A stretch of 64,000 nt of DNA from an uncultured Acidobacteriota bacterium (lineage in GTDB: Bacteria; Acidobacteriota; Vicinamibacteria; Vicinamibacterales; CAVVIG01): the NCBI GenBank assembly GCA_963711505.1, contig CAVQEJ010000003.1, positions 2,439,720 through 2,503,719 of the forward strand. The letters run 5' to 3'. The notes under the pieces are model-generated. The model was not told the origin of the DNA and did no database searches. It was given only the letters and a program-made list of their open reading frames with translations. This document shows, one piece after another, positions 60,823 to 64,000 of this stretch. How positions within the stretch are numbered: the first letter of the stretch is position 1; the number at the start of each line of letters is the position of its first letter. The position numbers and the translations under genes were made by a program.

Positions 60823-61128
60823 ATGACACCTGTACAACTCGACGAACGCCTGCACGCCGAGCGGATCGTGCCGATGCCGGCCGCCGAATGGGACACGCTG
60901 GCAGGACAGATCGAGGAGCTCGAACGCCACGACACCTTCATCGCCGGTCCCCTGCTGATCGTGAGGACGCCGGAAGGGATCGCCGCCGTCGAGCAGCCGT
61001 CTCCCGCCACGCGCGTCGTCCGCCGGATTGCGGACATGACCGAGGCCCGGTCGTTCGTCGACGGCCGGCTCGAAACCTACGACAACATGTGGAACGGCTG
61101 CGGCTGCAAGGTGGACTATTACGGGTGA
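60823..61128 (+). CDS. hypothetical protein with C-terminal GCGC motif
   Basis: In-frame ATG 60823 of ORF 60760..61128. The protein is 101 aa with balanced composition and ends ...YDNMWNGCGCKVDYYG. Confidence 0.55.
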   Translation: MTPVQLDERLHAERIVPMPAAEWDTLAGQIEELERHDTFIAGPLLIVRTPEGIAAVEQPSPATRVVRRIADMTEARSFVDGRLETYDNMWNGCGCKVDYYG

Positions 61129-61241
61129 ATGCCCTCAGGCGATAGGCGGTAGGCGATAGGCGAGGCGGGCCGGCCTTGCGGGTGGCACCAGGGATTGGGG
61201 CCGACTCCCTCCCCAATCCCTGGTGGCGGGCGTTCGCGGCG

Positions 61242-63793
61242 TCAGTGATGCAGGCCGTGGAAGATCGGCCTGGGCGGGCCGATGACCGATGGACGCCTGA
61301 AGCGTCGCAGCACGTGCTCGGGGGCGGCCCAGATGCCGCGGCCGTACGTGCCGGCCACGAGCTGGTTCTCGCCGGTGTTCAGCAGGAGATCCGTCACGGG
61401 CGAGTCGGGCAGTCCGGCGGATGCCAGCCACCGCGAGCCGCCATCGAGTCGAGATGAAGACGCCCACATCCGTGCCGACGAACAGGACGGGTGGACTGTA
61501 GCGGTTGTCGACCGCGACGGCATTCACCGGAGCATCCGGCAGATCGCCTGACGCATCGGTCCAGGTCTGCCCGGTATCGGTCGTGTGGAACAGATGTCCG
61601 GCGCCGAAGCCGCCGAGCGCGGCCCACGCCTCCGACGCCGTTCCCGGATTCACGGCCAGGTCGTTCACCGCCCGGTCTGGCAGACCGGCGCCCTGCGTCC
61701 AGTTCCCGCCGCCGTCGGCAGTCGTCTCGATGCCGGCCCCGCGCGTGCCGGCGTACACCACCTGCGGGTCGGACGAGGCGGGCGCAATCGCCGTCAGCAG
61801 CGAGTGGAAGTCGGGACTGATGATCTGCCACGAGCCGGCGGCATCCGTAGAGCGGTACACCTTCTCGGTCCCGGCGTACAGGCGATCCGGCCTGGCCAGG
61901 TCCATCACGAAGGGCGCGAAGAAGGCGCGGGACTCGGTGCCCCATCGAGGATCGCCGGCGAAGGTGAACGTCGCGCCGTCGAGGGCCTTGTAGAGGCCCA
62001 GCGACTGGACGGTGACGTACTCGGTGTCCGGGTGAGCCGGATCGACGGCGCTGAAGCTGCCGTCGCCGCTGAACACCTCGTGCCAGACCTGCGTGCCGTT
62101 GTACTGCACCGTGCCGTTGTCGATGAGGCCGGCCAGGAACGGCCCGCCGGGCACCACCGCCCCGTTGCCCTGCAACGTCCCCGCGAGGCCCGGATTCACC
62201 TGCGCGATCGACAGGTTGCCGTTCACCGACTCGAAGCTCTCATCGTCGGAGGTCCGGACGAGCCCGCCGTCGGTCCCGACATACAGGCGATGCAGCGAAT
62301 CGAAGGTCATCGCGCGGACGTCCATGTGCGCCTTGTCTCCCTGTGACAGCGGAACGACGGTGGCACCGGCGCCGTCGACGCGATAGATGAAGGCGCTGCC
62401 GAAGTACAGGCGGCTCGACTCGTACGGATCGACGGTGAGCGCCATGCCCGCCCAGTTCCCCGGCGGCGAATCGAAGGACGTCCACGACTGACCATCGTCC
62501 GCCGTCGTCCACCCTCCGAGCAGCGTCAGCGGTCCCGGCTCGGGGTTCCCCATGATGACGTAGGCGCGCGCCGGGTTCGACGGCGCGACGGCCACCTTCA
62601 CCTCGCTCATGCCGGAGGTCGGCAGGCCGCCGGCGACCTGCTGCCACGTGCCCGGCGAATCGCCGCCGCCGGCCGTCAGCAGCACGGACGCGCGGTACAG
62701 CCCCTCGCCGTGCACGCCGGCGAACACCTCGATCGCCAGGGCGTTGGTGAGCCCGGTGTCCGACACGCCGACCGGCAGCAGGCGCGCCTGGCCGAACGTC
62801 ACGTCGTCCACGCGGCTTCGCGCGAGCCAGCGGTTCCACGTGGTGCCGCCGTCGGTCGACAGATAGACGCCGCCGAGGCAGGGGGTGGCCGGTCCGCTGT
62901 ACATCGGGTCGACCGACACGGCCGCAACCATCAACTGGTCCTCCGTCGGGTAGATCTTCAGCGCGTCGAAGGCGCAGCCCTCGAACTGCGACCCGCCGAC
63001 CCGGCTCCAGTGGTTCCCCTCATCGTGCGACCGGTACAGTCCGACGCCCATGTATCCCGCGTACGCCCCGTCGTTGCCGGTGCCCGCGAAGATCGTGGCG
63101 GGATGCAGGGGATCGAGCGCGAGCGCGCCGATCGCCATCGACGGCATCCGGTCGAACAGCGGCGTCCACACGTGGCCGCCATCCCTCGTGCGCCAGACTC
63201 CGCCGCCGGGGCTGCCGATGTACATCGTGTCCGGCGCGATCGGACTGGTCGCGATGGCCGTCACGCGCCCCGTGTACGGCTGCCCGGCGCCGCTGCAGTC
63301 GGCGGTCTCGCAGAGCGGTGCGGGACCTGTACGACACCCAGGGACCGAGAACCGTGTGGTCGACGGGACGATAGAGGCTGAAGGGACCGCGGAACGGCCC
63401 ACGCAACGGGACGAAACGCCAGAACGGCGTCCGTTCGTACCGCTCGAGCGGCCGCAGAGCGACGGCCTGCCGTCGGGCGCGGATGAGGGCGCCGGCGGGA
63501 AACGCCTCGCCGGGGTAGATGCGGGACGCCGCGAACCAGGCATGGCGAAACAGGTCGAGCGACTGTTCAGCGACGTCTCCGCGATCACCGCCGACATCGG
63601 TGATGCCCTGATCCGACGATGCAATCGTGGCCTGGCCACCGGCCGGCGCCGGGGTTCGGCCCTCCGGGGTCGCACCATTCAGCAGCCAGGCGGCGCCGAC
63701 GGCGAGCAGGATGGCGGCCGCCGGCCGTGCCGCGCGCCGGCGGCCGCGGCGGACCACGAGCGCGAACGGGGCGAAGGGATCCTCCTGTGACAT
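61242..63793 (-). CDS. secreted BNR/Asp-box repeat beta-propeller protein (sialidase/Ycf48/VPS10-like fold); two +1 frame changes (~63340, 61449)
   Basis: The gene joins ORFs 63020..63793 (N-terminal anchor AAAILLAVGAAWLL), 61135..63678 and 61242..61523. Repeated SxDxGxxW boxes include TRDGGHVW, STDGGTTW, TADDGQSW, STDAAGSW, TADGGGNW, TTDTGQTW and SLDGGSRW. Confidence 0.8.
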
Positions 63794-63912
63794 GTGCCCT
63801 CCGTGGTGGGTAACGAGCGACGCGTCAGGAGTGCGGGCGAGCGAACCTCGGTTCGCGATGACGCGTCTCCGGCATGCTAGGCAGCACGCGACGCGCCGTT
63901 CAAGGCCGAATG

Positions 63913-63931
63913 TTGTGATCGCCGATCACAA
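63913..63931. promoter_or_regulatory. 19-bp perfect palindrome upstream of the BNR-repeat gene
   Basis: TTGTGATCG-C-CGATCACAA lies ~120 nt upstream of ATG 63793 and contains TGTGA...TCACA half-sites. Confidence 0.35.
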
Positions 63932-64000
63932 TCTCGCAGCCGACAGAATCGTCTCGACGGACTTCGCCGCGCACGATCCTGCAGTCGACATCGCGGGACC

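Noticed and set aside
63913-63931. Canonical CRP binding site.
   Set aside because: The spacer between TGTGA and TCACA is 7 nt, not 6 nt. The site is therefore reported only as a generic palindromic operator candidate.
1-64000. Mobile genetic element, prophage or defence island.
   Set aside because: No integrase, transposase, recombinase, phage structural gene, toxin-antitoxin pair or restriction-modification gene is recognisable. The duplications present (ADOP pair, cassettes) look like local tandem gene amplification.

Overview
This is a very GC-rich bacterial chromosomal segment. I found no rRNA, tRNA, CRISPR array, transposase or integrase by eye. Two tandem ADOP-type duplicated permease genes and DUF1592/DUF1552 gene pairs suggest Acidobacteriota or a related soil lineage; that is an inference, not a test.

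Gene content by region:
- 1-16 kb: a partial ClC channel, a DksA-zinc-finger::PP2C phosphatase fusion, a DUF5996-like protein, a pseudouridine synthase and an aquaporin. These are followed by a TetR-controlled MacB-like ABC efflux operon (ATPase, 2xFtsX permease, HlyD adaptor), two ADOP permease genes (one intact, one riddled with frame changes) and an aldo/keto reductase.
- 16-26 kb, minus strand: a P-type ATPase, a nitrilase and a six-gene group-3b-like [NiFe]-hydrogenase operon with an embedded cNMP-binding-domain protein.
- 25-40 kb: mixed metabolism. Genes are a PDO-like thioredoxin-fold protein, DUF423, a DEAD-box helicase, a feruloyl-CoA-synthase-like ligase, an amidohydrolase, a PIG-L deacetylase, a PLP decarboxylase coupled to an ATP-grasp protein, an IorAB-like molybdoenzyme and a secreted mono-haem protein.
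- 40.5-58.2 kb: the standout. Three head-to-tail minus-strand cassettes each contain a tri-haem DUF1592-family cytochrome, optionally a Tat-exported DUF1552 (HxxSHH) protein, and a secreted ankyrin-repeat protein ending in a conserved HKC(L/V)SCG(G) tail. I do not know this three-gene module as a described system.
- 58.6-63.8 kb: a PCYCGC-motif protein, NDH-2, a small hypothetical protein and a large BNR/Asp-box propeller protein.

Caveat on frames: many otherwise intact genes carry isolated frame changes that all behave as +1-nt insertions. Several coordinates therefore join two or three ORF-track fragments. Stops that lie in shifted frames are accurate to about +/-1-2 nt.
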